Below, one piece after another: positions 1 through 11,576 of a DNA stretch of 64,000 nucleotides; positions within the stretch are counted from its first letter, which is position 1; the number at the start of each line of letters is the position of its first letter. A program made the translations under genes and the position numbers. The stretch is from Eledone cirrhosa (Eukaryota), in the NCBI GenBank assembly GCA_964016885.1, contig OZ024753.1:46934001-46998000 (forward strand), in the 5' to 3' direction. The notes below the pieces were generated by a model, which made no database searches, was not told the DNA's origin, and saw nothing but the letters and a program-made list of their open reading frames with translations.

Positions 1-1370
1 AGCCAGGCCCCACTGTGGGGTTTGGAGGCTGCACGAAAACAAACAAGGCGGTGCTGGTCGAGCTGGCACGTGAGCCTGTCTGAGGCCAGGCTGCACTGGA
101 TGGCATCCCAAGTGTGTTGGGGGGGACTTGACGTCAACAGGGGGAGAAGGAGGAGGAACGTCTACTGGGCTAAGTCCCAGCCGGTGACACGTCTCACAGG
201 CGGCCACGCGTTCTCTGAACACAGAGGGTTCTGTTGTGTTTTGAAGAACCCTGCTGAAGAGGACGTGGTACGAGGTTACCGACGAAAGATATGCCGGCAA
301 AGCTAGTGAGATCGGGGACTGGAGGCGAAGGCCGCCATACCTGACAGGTAAAGTTGCATATCTCATCGGCTGCTGCTCGGATACAAGTTTAGGTGTAGCA
401 CAGAGTGTATAGAGGAGCTTCGGCATGGCGTAGCAGTTCCTCAGCAGAAAGAGAACTGGGTGGCCATCAATCAAGCCCAGTCGGCTCGTGAGAGTCTGGA
501 CTTGATGGAGGAGCGGATGGCCGGCGGGTGGATCGGTGAGGGCATCCTCTTTGGGGGGTCACCTGAACCTGGCGGAGAATGGACCGCACGTCCAAGACGG
601 AGACTGCAAAGCTTGCAGCATCGAGGCTGACATTCACCACCTCCGACTTGGCTGAGTTGACCTGGAGGTCGATTCCCGCCAGGGCAGGAACCACCGATTG
701 AAGGTCATGGCAGACCGCCTGTACGGGCCCACCCAAAGTAGCATCATCCAGATACCAAACGTTGAGAGGGGCCGTTATACTCCAGGCGATGTGGTCAATA
801 CCAAGGGTGAACAGGAGGGGTCCCAAAGGGTTGCCCTGTTGGATCCCAGTAGCCAAGGGTATGACCGTATCAGCAGCATGGCGCATGCTTGGGGCTCCAT
901 ATGACAGGTAGGCAGAGGGGGCTCGGCTGAGGCAGGCCTCGAGCAGATGATCCCAGCGTAAAGAGTTGAAGGCATTCCTCATGTCAAACTTGACAATGAG
1001 GTGGCTGGAGGCCCTGGATGCCGGTTCCGAGTGTTATGGACTTGCAGATTACCTTGGCAGCCAGCCTCCGGAAGACATTGCCCACAGCAATGGGGCGTAT
1101 GCCATCCTCTTTCTTCCTGAGAGCGGTGAGGCTGGCCGAAAAAAAGAGGCCTCGAGCATAAGAGTCCAGGGCGCCATGGATGAGCCTATTGGTGAGCGCC
1201 ACAATTGCACTCAGAAGGCGGCGCCCGGCCTCAGCGGAGAGGGGAGATATCAACTCCTTGAGGAGGCCTGGTCAGAGACCATCAACATCTCCGCAGCTGC
1301 TAGCTGGGAAGGACCTGATGGCGGACATGATGTCTGCATCAGAAGCCACAAGGAGCAAGTGTGGATTACA
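1..1370 (-). mobile_element. CRE-clade non-LTR retrotransposon remnant, copy 1 (RT part; 3' end outside window)
   Basis: Motifs AIRSFP..G..DGL*P, GIRPIAVGNVFRRL, D-MRNAFNSL, GIQQGNPLGPLLF, WYLDD, LPVRYGGL; frameshifts and a stop. Confidence 0.85.
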
Positions 1371-1449
1371 ATACAAAACCTCTGAGAATGATTTCTAAGA
1401 TATTTCACCATAATTAATTTTCATCAATATATATTAATATTATTATTGT

Positions 1450-1740
1450 TTATTAGGTCAGGTGGATTGGCCAGAACAATTCTACTCTTCTTTTTTAGAT
1501 GTCACGATTTTTCATGGCATTCCTGAGATCATTAATCTCCAGCTGGAGATCCAGAGACATCTGATGTATGTAGGTGAACCTCAGTCATCCCACTAGGGTC
1601 TTACTATGTTTAGGTATCCACCACAGGAGCCAGCTCATCAGGTCATCCTACCCTCAGCAGCAATGTCCAGCATCTATTGATTTCCGCTCCCTAGTTATTG
1701 TGGTAATCTTCGATATCTGGGAATATATTTCTTCTGCTTA
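1450..1740 (-). pseudogene. Degenerate 3' end of an RTE-group LINE ORF; repeated in every unit (about 11215, 17120, 23025, 28948, 38696, 44603, 50532, 56461, 62389)
   Basis: Minus strand reads ITTITRERKSIDAGHCC*G*DDLMSWLLWWIPKHSKSQVG*LRFTYIHQMSLDLQLEINDLRNAMKNRDI*KRRV, resembling the RTE C-terminus (AGHCWR...LLW.P.HG...GRP..TY...DL..AM.DR). Confidence 0.65.
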
Positions 1741-1811
1741 AGGGAGTAATAAATATATAGTTTTAAAAAAAACATATATATACACACACATATATATATG
1801 TTGTCATTTAT

Positions 1812-1934
1812 AAGAGTTCTCTATCAAAAGCCTTCTCTATGTCCAAAGCTAAGTATAGTGGCTTATTTTTCTCTAAGAACCTCTTTTGTAGTTGTCTCAC
1901 TAAGAAGAGGGCATCTGTTGCACTTTTCAGCGGC
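1812..1934 (-). pseudogene. Short RTE RT fragment, cut at the L-block junction (also before 29433 and 62874)
   Basis: PLKSATDALFLVRQLQKRFLEKNKPLYLALDIEKAFDR, homologous to the RT at about 4080-4200. Confidence 0.8.
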
Positions 1935-2296
1935 TTAATTAATTAATGAGGTTTAATTAATGAGGAATTTTGAGGTATTTATAACAATTATTAATTATTT
2001 CATTACTGAGATATCATTTGAAGGACTTACTAATGTTTTTATTTATTAATTATTTTATTAGTAACTTAACATGTGGTTCTTGTATAAAATTATGTTGGAA
2101 GATTTTAGGAAGATGCTATGTAGCCGGTCGCGGTAAAATAGACGCCCAGGCTATGTAGCCGGTAAGAGTGTCAGACTCCATGTGTTGCGGCCCTTTATGG
2201 TCTGAGTTAAGACAATTTAAAATCTTTTCCACCATCAATTGTTAAAAAACAAGTTAAAATCATTTTGTCTTCCATTTGTAACGTACGTTACACTTT

Positions 2297-3092
2297 AGTT
2301 ACATACACATATACTATGTTACATACACACATCTACTGTGTTACATACACACACATCAACTGGGTTATATACACACACATCTACTGCGTTACATACACAT
2401 CTACTGTGTTACACACACATCTACTGTGTTACATACACACACATCTACTGAGTTACATACACACACATCTACTGTGTTACATACACACACATCTTCTGTG
2501 TTACATACACACATCTACTATGTTACATACACACATCTACTGTGTTACATACACACACCTGTGTTACATACACACACATCTACTGAGTTACATACACACA
2601 GATCTACTGTGTTACATACACACACATCTACTGTGTTACACACATCTTCTATGTTACATACACACAATCTACTGTGTTACATACACACATCTACTGAGTT
2701 ACATACACACACATCTACTGAGTTACATACACACACATGTACTGTGTTACATACACACATCTACTGTGTTACATACATACACATCTACTGTGTTACATAC
2801 ATACACATCTACTGTTACATACACACATCTACCGTGTTACACACACACATCTACCGTGTTACACACACACATCTACCGTGTTACACACACACATCTACCG
2901 TGTTACACACACACATCTACTGAGTTACATACACATATACTGAGTTACATGCAAACACACATCTACTCTGTTACATATACACATCTACTGTGTTACATAC
3001 ACATCTACTGTGATACACACACACACATCTACTCATACATATTCATAAATAGACACACATTATACAAATAATTATTACATACACACACATCT
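2297..3092. repeat. Minisatellite, ~20-24-bp unit ACACATCTACTGTGTTACATAC with variable (AC)n
   Basis: Tandem repeats visible directly; source of the HTHLLCYI-type ORFs. Confidence 0.95.
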
Positions 3093-3856
3093 CTGTAATA
3101 ATTCAGGAAGGAAGGGGCTGGTGAAACGCTATAGCAATGTGTGTGTGTTGTGTACCTTTCAGGTTTACCGGTTTCGTAGCCTATTTGAAGATTTTATTAT
3201 AATTATGAACCTTATAATTCAATTAATTATGAATAATTTTGAGCTATTTATCACAATTGTTAGTTAATTACTAACATAGTAACTTACCATATGGTTGTTA
3301 TATAGAATTTTGTTGGAAGACTTTAATTTAGATAGGAACCATTTCCATAGTACGAGAACTAATTTTGGCTGGGTTTCTACCAAAAGGGTTAATGAAGAAT
3401 TTTGAACAATTTACTAAAATTATTAATTATTTCATTACTAAGATAATGTGTGAATACACAATTATATGTGTGTATATATATATAAACAGTATATATATAG
3501 TATATATATATATAAACAGTATATATATATATAGTATATATATATATAAACAGTATATATATAGTATACAAAAGATGTAGTGGGATAGTGTGTAGTCTTA
3601 AGACAAGTCTGTCCAGATAGCTGCGCTGTAACTTACACTTATTGGGACTGTGTGTTGGCAAGCAGGCCTGTATTTTGGGATCTAGCTGGTCCATTATGAG
3701 GGAGGTCTGGTTAGTTGGCAGCACCATGCCTTACTTGTGGTATATGTATGTATAGAAATAAGTTATTGTATATGCATAACTGTCCATCTATATGTATACA
3801 TGTATGTTTACTTATATCTTTGCATACATATATACATTTTCAGATGTATACACGTA

Positions 3857-5776
3857 ATGGTCACCCGGATAGTAAACCAAGTCATACAGAATGGGGTTGT
3901 TCTGAAGGACTGGCGTAGCAGCATCATCATTAACTGTTACAAGGGTAAAGGAGATGCCCTAGATAGGAGTAACTATAGAGGCATTAAATTAATCGACCAG
4001 GTCATGAAGGTCACGGAAAAAGTAATAGCGCAACTAATCAGAGAGAGAATTGATCTAGATGAAATGCAGTTCGGGTTTGTGTCAGGTAAAAGTACCACAG
4101 ACGCTCTTTTCATTGTACGACAACTACAGGAGAAGTACCTAGTTAAAAGTAAACCCCTATACTTAGCTTTTGTTGACTTGGAGAAAGCCTTCGACAGAGT
4201 CCCCCGTTCCATTATCTGGTGGGCTCTTAGAAAACTAGGTGTTGAGGAATGGCTTGTGAGAGCTATACGAGCCATGTATAAAGAAACAGTCAGCAAGGTT
4301 AGAATTAACAACGAATATAGTGAAGAGTTTAGCGTAAAAGTTGGTGTTCATCAGGGCTCCGTCCTTAGCCCCCTACTATTTATTATTGCCCTTCAGGCTA
4401 TAACAGTGGAGTTCAAGACCGGCTGCCCATGGGAACTCCTATACGCAGATGATCTAACGCTCATAGCTGAATCAATGGCCGAGCTAGAGAAGAAATTCCA
4501 AACATGGAAGCAAGGCCTAGAATCAGAAGGCCTTAAAATTAACCTGGCTAAGACTAAAGTTCTAGTTTGTAGGAAAGAAAATAAGGCGCCGGTCCCTTCC
4601 GGGAAATGGCCATGCTCAGTGTGTAGGAAAGGCGTAGGTAGAAACTCCATTTTATGTCCCAAATGCAAAGTATGGGTTCATAAAAGATGTAGTGGGATCA
4701 CAGGTAAGCTAACTAAGAACATAGATTTTACATGTGGCCGGTGCTCTGGTGCAATAAGTAGCAGCAAGTGCCCACAAAATACTAGCTCTTTCAATTGCGC
4801 AGAGGGTTCTATAGAAATAGTGGACAGCTTCCGTTACCTGGGTGACAAAATCAGCAGTGGGGGAGGGTGCTCTGAAAGTACAGTAGCTAGAGTCAGAACT
4901 GGATGGAAAAAGTTCAGAGAGCTTATACCACTATTAGCCGCTAAAGGGTTCTCCCTAAAAATGAAAGGCAGGTTGTATGATGCCTGCATATGAACAGCAA
5001 TGTTGCATGGCAGTGAGACCTGGGCATTGTGTGCAGAGGATATACGCAGACTAGAGAGGAACGAAGCTTGCATGCTTCGCTGGATGTGTAATAGTAATAT
5101 ATGTGAACGGCAAAGCATAAACGAACTAAGGGAAAAATTAGAAATAAGAGGGATCAGATGTTGTGTACTCGAGAGAAGACTACGTTGGTATGGTCCACGT
5201 GATGCGGATGAAAGACGACAGCTGTATAAAAAAAATGCAGGGCAATAAAGATAGACGGTAGCCACGGAGTAGGCAGACCCAGAAAAACCTGGGACGACTT
5301 GATAAATTCCGACCTCACACACTTACACCTCTCCAAGACAATGTCACTGGACCGAGATCTTTGGCGGTACTCAGTAATAGAGAAGACCCGCCTTACCTAG
5401 ATACAAAGTAAAACCTACTACAGTCAGTAGGCACCTCTAACAAAATACACCCCCACCCCATCCACACCGCCCCTTTCAATGTAAAGTTATGTTGGTGCCA
5501 CAACATCCAGGCCGAAACAAATGAGGTCGTGTAGGTGTCACGACAAAAAAAAAAAACACAGTCCACGCAGTAATGTGGCCGTGTAGGTAACACGGTAAAA
5601 ACCTCCCAGTCCCACACTGTAAATGCGGTTGGTGTTAGGAAGGGCATCCAGCTGTAGAAAACCCGCCAGACAGTCCTATGCGAGCAAGACAACCACTCTT
5701 GCCTCAAGTGGGAAAATTCCCGTCCAAACCCATGCAAGCGTGGAATATGGACGTTAAACGATGATGATGATGATGA

Positions 5777-5780
<4 letters not shown>
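3857..5780 (+). mobile_element. 5'-truncated RTE-clade LINE, inactivated; RT with embedded PHD-like zinc finger, 3' UTR and (GAT)n tail
   Basis: KGKGD..SNYRGIKL, QFGF, FVDLEKAFD, GVHQGSVLSPLLF, LLYADD, FRYLG, GRPRKTW. TGA at 4991-4993 interrupts ACI*TAMLHGSETW; frameshifts near 5195-5235; original stop about 5400; ends GGACGTTAAAC(GAT)n. Confidence 0.93.
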
Positions 5781-5810
<30 letters not shown>

Positions 5811-5814
<4 letters not shown>

Positions 5815-6936
5815 CTTTGACATTTCTTAGAAAAAAAATGAAAAAGTTTTGTGAGAACCCCAATGTTTATTTATTTTATTTTATTTTTAAATAAAATTAA
5901 TAACATTAATTTTATTTTGAAATTAGGTTTATAAATATTAATTATCAGCAGACCGTTGTAGCAGTCTTGGCGGCTTAGTGGGAAGTACCAGAGATGGTGA
6001 GGTCCTTGTCTGTAGGTTCAATCCTGGTCTGGGAGTTCAATCATTGCTGTAATGTGTCCTGTTAATCTTTTTTTAAATTTTCCTCAGAAAAAACTGAAAA
6101 TCTTTGGTGAGAACCCCAATGTCTATTTATCTAATATAATTTAATTTATTTTATTTTATTTTACTTTAGTTAAATTGTCAAAACCACTGGTGATCTAAAG
6201 TTAGAGGAGACAGATAAAATAGACATATTGTCTCCTCAACCTTTAGATCTTCAGTGTTTTCGACAATTTAACTAAAATAAAAAATTAAATTCAATATAAT
6301 TAAATAAATAGGGGTTCTCTTTTTCAAAGAGATATAGAAAGAAAATTATAAAAGATTAACATGACACCTTACATGTATCTCATGGACCAGGATTGAACCC
6401 GAGTCCCCAATTCAACCCTCAGACCAGGATTGAACACCCAGAACAGGATCTCACCATCTCTGGTACTTCCCACTAAGCTACCGAGACTGATACAAAGATG
6501 TACTGAAATTTAATATTTATAAACCTACTTTCAAAATAAAATTAAAAATAAAATATATATATATATATATTCCTTTGACATTTCTTAGAAAAAAGAACTG
6601 AAAAAGTTTTGTGAGAACGCCAATGTCTATTTATTTTATTTTATTTTTAATTAAATTAGTTATATTTTGAAAGTAGGTTTATAAATATTAATTTTCAATA
6701 GACCTTTGTAGCAGTCTTGGTGGCTTAGTGGGAAGTACCAGAGATGGTGAGATCCTTGTCTGTAAGTTCAATTCTTGCTTGGAGACATGTCTAATGTGTC
6801 CTATTAATCTTTTTTTAATTTTCCTTTTACATCTCTTAGAAATAACTGAAAATCTTTGGTGAGAACCCCAATGTCTATTTATCTAATATAATTAATTTAA
6901 TTTAATTTAATTTAATTTTTATTTTAGTGAAACCAC
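5811..6936. repeat. Foldback/MITE-like repeat with tRNA-like A/B boxes: inverted pair about 5880-6555 (centre about 6220) plus a third direct arm 6570-6936
   Basis: GCTTAGTGGGAAGTACCAGAGATGGTGAG on + at about 5972 and 6723 and on - at about 6450-6480; central arms TTAGTTAAATTGTC...GAGGAGACA / TGTCTCCTC...GACAATTTAACTAA. Confidence 0.85.
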
Positions 6937-7278
6937 TGTTGTATTCAAGAGACCAGGTGGAGGGGTGGGTCTGCTAGATTCATTGTGGGTAAAGAACGGT
7001 GCTATGAACTTTTCTGGGTGGGAAATGACAATGGGCTGGGTATACACATACCACCCCACCACCCCACCGTAAAGTGGTCGTGGAGGCGCCACGGCAAAAA
7101 AGCACCCAGCCCGCTCTGTAAAGCTGACGTGGAGGTGCCACGGAAAAAAAAAAAGCACCCAGCACTCACTGCAAACTGGGTTGGCGTCAGGAAGGGCACC
7201 CAGCTGTAGAAACCAATCCAGAATCAGCTCCCACCCCACCCTTGCAAGCATGGAAAAGCGGACGTATGATGAAGTTGA
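6937..7278 (+). mobile_element. Truncated internally deleted RTE element (endonuclease piece joined to 3' tail), L-type
   Basis: [35 protein letters not shown] followed directly by the tail ...GGAAGGGCACCCAGCTGTAGAAA...CATGGAAAAGCGGACGT. Confidence 0.8.
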
Positions 7279-7377
7279 TATATATATATATATATTAGTA
7301 TATATATACACATACATATGTACACATATACACATACATATATATATATATATACACACACATATATATCAGTGTAC

Positions 7378-7412
<35 letters not shown>

Positions 7413-7882
7413 AATGAATATTTATTCAATTTAAAGCGCCAATTATCTATATATAACAAGATATGAATTTTTCTAGGGATGGGGAAATTTTCAGTTTGTT
7501 TTTATATTTTCACTTCATTTTTTACTTTCTATTTAATACAGTCTTTGATCCAATATAATCCTGACAGTATTTGAACCAGTTTACCTCATATATATGTATG
7601 CACACACAACACTCAAGTTTCGCCATCTACTGCTATTTCATTCATATTTATTGTTTAATTAACTCTGGTCTAATTCATCAACTATTGTTAATTATATTAT
7701 TACGTAGATTTCTTATAAAATCTAGTGCATATATACGTGTATATATACAGGGAGACACTGTGTAATAGATGTAAAGAGAGTGGGAGATAGAGTTATAGAA
7801 GTAAAGAGAGGGAGAGAAATAAGCGGTAGATAGAGCAATAGATGTAAAGAGAGGGTTAGAACGTTCAACTTGACAGTCAGTA

Positions 7883-7954
7883 CATATGCCAACTACCCAA
7901 CCGGCCAGCCAGCCGTATTTGCGGTTGACTGGCCAGTTGGGCGGTTGGTATGTG
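7883..7954. repeat. 72-bp imperfect GC-rich palindrome/hairpin (L variant)
   Basis: CATATGCCAACTACCCAACCGGCCAGCCAGCCG...CGGTTGACTGGCCAGTTGGGCGGTTGGTATGTG. Confidence 0.9.
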
Positions 7955-8085
7955 GAACGTTCAACTACGCAGTCAGTACCAAAGTTCAACATTGTAGCCA
8001 GTGCATATGCCGATCGCCGCGCCCTCTTTGCTCTATTTTAATGACCTGGAACTAAGTAAAAAGAGTAGGAGATAACTCGACAAGA

Positions 8086-8170
8086 GCGGAGTGGGTGAGA
8101 TTCGAACCATGTAAAGTCGTTGGCTCCTGAACTTCGTAAACGGGGCTGCTACTGACTGATCAACGCCGGC
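8086..8170 (-). ncRNA. tRNA-like Pol III-type element (degenerate tRNA, SINE head or unknown small RNA), L variant
   Basis: A-box-like TGATCAGTCAGTAGC, B box GGTTCGAATCTC, T5 run 23 nt downstream, TATAA about 34 nt upstream; cloverleaf does not close. Confidence 0.45.
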
Positions 8171-8474
8171 AGCAAGGCAAATCGCGCATAAAATAACGCT
8201 TATATCGATAAAATAAAACAAAAATTTCAATGTTGCACTCTTGTTTGTTGTTCTTTTATTTTACGTAAACATTTCGCTGCTCTAGCCTCTTATTTCCTAT
8301 TAGATTACACTTAATTCCATTAAACATTCATTCTTAGTCTCGTGGTAAACTATTTCATCTATATTTATATCGCTGTTACAGCCTTTTATTTCTACATCTA
8401 TCACCTATAGCCACTGTTACGCCGGTAGTATAAGTAGCTTTATAACAAGAAACGATGATATAACTCCACAAAAT

Positions 8475-8522
8475 GTCTTCTTGAGCAAGACACTTCACCT
8501 CATATTGCTCCAGTACACCGAG
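8475..8522 (+). mobile_element. Small CORE-SINE fragment (one per unit)
   Basis: CTTGAGCAAGACACTTCACCTCATATTGCTCCAGT matches the central domain of the SINE at 11776-12129. Confidence 0.6.
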
Positions 8523-8934
8523 TTACACATAGACAGATACATACATACACATATATATGTACACAGATAGAAATAAGAGGGAGATAGAGTAAAAGATGTA
8601 AAGATAGTGTAAAAGATTTAAAGAGAGGGTGAGAGTGTGACACACATTTATCTGTCTATCTCTCTCTATTTTAACACCGGTCGTTATAATTAGTTTTATA
8701 ACACCGCTATATTACCGACATGAAAGAGGTAAATAATTATTTCTTAAATGTTTAGAACATGTTTCTCTTGTCTTCTTAAATGTATAGAACATGTTTCTTA
8801 TTTATATTCTTAACATAGCTAGGACCTTATCTCATTTACTGGTCTCTACTTTTAGGACTTTGCTGGTCCCATGTGCCCTCCATGAAGACACACTCGCCCC
8901 TTCTCTCTCAGTCTCCGTACTAATTACTACACAT

Positions 8935-11135
8935 ACGTATATATATTTATTTTAAGAAACCTTAATGACAAATAATATAAAGTGTTTGTAAAGTGGGGAA
9001 GAGTAGTTTTACGGTGGGGTTGTTATATAGATATCGTTTTTGCAGTGGGGTCGTGACTGGCGTATAATAATGAGTCACTGTTGATGTATATACAAATCAT
9101 GTTTTGGATATAAGTGAAGTTATTTAAGAGATTTAGTTGTTTTGTATACATTCATAACGGTACGCGATGGGACCCACCCACAGCCCCGGCGGACAGAATG
9201 GAGAAGGCGTTTCCCCGGAGCACGGCAAGGGAGACGCGCTGGAAAAGCCACTCCAACTCGCGGGGCTCACACCTGCGGCTGGCCAGCTCAGCGCCTATGG
9301 TGGTGAGTAAGGAGGTAGCCCTGGGGCCGAGGACACCAGAAGTCTCCACTTCCAGGGGTACGACCGCAAACCTGTCGGAGAGTGAACGATATGTGAGGAG
9401 TTTGGCCCCCTCAGCCTGACGTGCAGCAGAACCTGGGCCAGTCGCAGACTGCACCAGGTTGCGGCTGCAGAAAGTGTCGGTGCAAGTGGCATCCCAGACG
9501 AGGGGTTTGCCACCGCGGAACGGGAAGATGGTCATGCCATCTAGCCTTTTGCCGTCCCCTCGAGCTGGGAAGGGAAGCCTGCAGCGTCCAAGCCATGCTT
9601 AATGACTTCGTTGAGGGCAGCATGGCGTGGATTGCGGGTGGAGGCCGAAAGAGTCCATGGTGGAACGGCAGCGACATTGGTGTGAGGCCGAGCCTCAGGG
9701 AAACGCCGATGCGCAAGCTATTGTTGTCTAGCTGCGTGCGAGTGGAGAAGGAGGGCAGGGCATGGAGCCAGGCCCCACTGTGGGGTTTGGAGGCTGCACG
9801 AAAACAAACAAGGCGGTGCTGGTCGAGCTGGCACGTGAGCCTGTCTGAGGCCAGGCTGCACTGGATGGCATCCCAAGTGTGTTGGGCGGGACTTGACGTC
9901 AACAGGGGGAGAAGGAGGAGGAACGTCTACTGGGCTAAGTCCCAGCCGGTGCCACGTCTCACAGGCGGCCAGGCGTTCTCTGAACACAGAGGGTTCTGTT
10001 GTGTTTTGAAGAACCCTGCTGAAGAGGACGTGGTACGAGGTTACCGACGAAAGATATGCCGGCAAAGCTAGTGAGATCGGGGACTGGAGGCGAAGGCCGC
10101 CATACCTGACAGGTAAAGTTGCATATCTCATCGGCTGCTGCTCGGATACAAGTTTAGGTGTAGCACAGAGTGTATAGAGGAGCTTCGGCATGGCGTAGCA
10201 GTTCCTCAGCAGAAAGAGAACTGGGTGGCCATCAATCAAGCCCAGTCGGCTCGTGAGAGTCTGGACTTGATGGAGGAGCGGATGGCCGGCGGGTGGATCG
10301 GTGAGGGCATCCTCTTTGGGGGGTCACCTGAACCTGGCGGAGAATGGACCGCACGTCCAAGACGGAGACTGCAAAGCTTGCAGCATCGAGGCTGACATTC
10401 ACCACCTCCGACTTGGCTGAGTTGACCTGGAGGTCGATTCCCGCCAGGGCAGGAACCACCGATTGAAGGTCATGGCAGACCGCCTGTACGGGCCCACCCA
10501 AAGTAGCATCATCCAGATACCAAACGTTGAGAGGGGCCGTTATACTCCAGGCGATGTGGTCAATACCAAGGGTGAACAGGAGGGGTCCCAAAGGGTTGCC
10601 CTGTTGGATCCCAGTAGCCAAGGGTATGACCGTATCAGCAGCATGGCGCATGCTTGGGGCTCCATATGACAGGTAGGCAGAGGGGGCTCGGCTGAGGCAG
10701 GCCTCGAGCAGATGATCCCAGCGTAAAGAGTTGAAGGCATTCCTCATGTCAAACTTGACAATGAGGTGGCTGGAGGCCCTGGATGCCGGTTCCGAGTGTT
10801 ACGGACTTGCAGATTACCTTGGCAGCCAGCCTCCGGAAGACATTGCCCACAGCAATGGGGCGTATGCCATCCTCTTTCTTCCTGAGAGCGGTGAGGCTGG
10901 CCGAAAAAAAGAGGCCTCGAGCATAAGAGTCCAGGGCGCCATGGATGAGCCTATTGGTGAGCGCCACAATTGCACTCAGAAGGCGGCGCCCGGCCTCAGC
11001 GGAGAGGGGAGATATCAACTCCTTGAGGAGGCCTGGTCAGAGACCATCAACATCTCCGCAGCTGCTAGCTGGGAAGGACCTGATGGCGGACATGATGTCT
11101 GCATCAGAAGCCACAAGGAGCAAGTGTGGATTACA
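8935..11135 (-). mobile_element. CRE-clade non-LTR retrotransposon, 5'-truncated and frameshifted (RT, zinc-knuckle remnant, RLE, 3' UTR), copy 2
   Basis: RT motifs (QQGNPLGPLLF, YLDD), HSGAWLHALP, CRC..H..RHAALNEVIK, DGKRLDGMT..WDATC..AE..K..Y..PLEVETSG, C-terminal FQRVSLAVLRGNA; AATAAA at about 8946-8951 on - strand. Confidence 0.88.
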
Positions 11136-11576
11136 ATACAAAACCTCTGAGAATGATTTCTAAGATATTTCACCATAATTAATTTTCATCAATATATATT
11201 AATATTATTATTGTTTATTAGGTCAGGTGGATTGGCCAGAACAATTCTACTCTTCTTTTTTAGATGTCACGATTTTTCATGGCATTCCTGAGATCATTAA
11301 TCTCCAGCTGGAGATCCAGAGACATCTGATGTATGTAGGTGAACCTCAGTCATCCCACTTGGCTCTTACTATGTTTAGGTATCCACCACAGGAGCCAGCT
11401 CATCAGGTCATCCTACCCTCAGCAGCAATGTCCAGCATCTATTGATTTCCGCTCCCTAGTTATTGTGGTAATCTTCGATATCTGGGAATATATTTCTTCT
11501 GCTTAAGGGAGTAATAAATATATAGTTTAAAAAAAAACATATATATACACACACATATATATATGTTGTCATTTAT

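Larger units (their letters stand above)
1935..6936. repeat. L-unit-specific 5.0-kb block, copy 1
   Basis: Starts at cagcggc|ttaattaa and ends at aaaccac|tgttgtattc; absent from S units. Confidence 0.92.

Noticed and set aside
2265-3071. His/Thr/Tyr-rich ORFs (also 29763-30547 and 63204-63990)
   Set aside because: Translations of the minisatellite; frames differ between copies
3150-3190. Hammerhead ribozyme remnant (minus-strand CGAAACCGGTA)
   Set aside because: No CTGANGA core or supporting helices at the required position
3355-3390. Sm-site-like AATTTTGG with a nearby hairpin
   Set aside because: Common by chance in AT-rich DNA; no snRNA or SL context
3737-4993. 418-aa ORF as an active or domesticated RT gene
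   Set aside because: First 40 aa are microsatellite-like, endonuclease missing, premature stop at 4991 and downstream frameshifts
8700-8950. Spliced-leader or snRNA target at the CRE 3' junction
   Set aside because: No recognisable SL, U snRNA, 5S or rRNA sequence; only a short AT-rich direct repeat (TTCTTAAATGT.TAGAACATGTTTCT twice)
9421-10071. 216-aa plus-strand ORF and other plus-strand ORFs over the CRE element
   Set aside because: Antisense shadow of GC-rich retrotransposon coding sequence; no recognisable motif; shortened by a stop in copy 10
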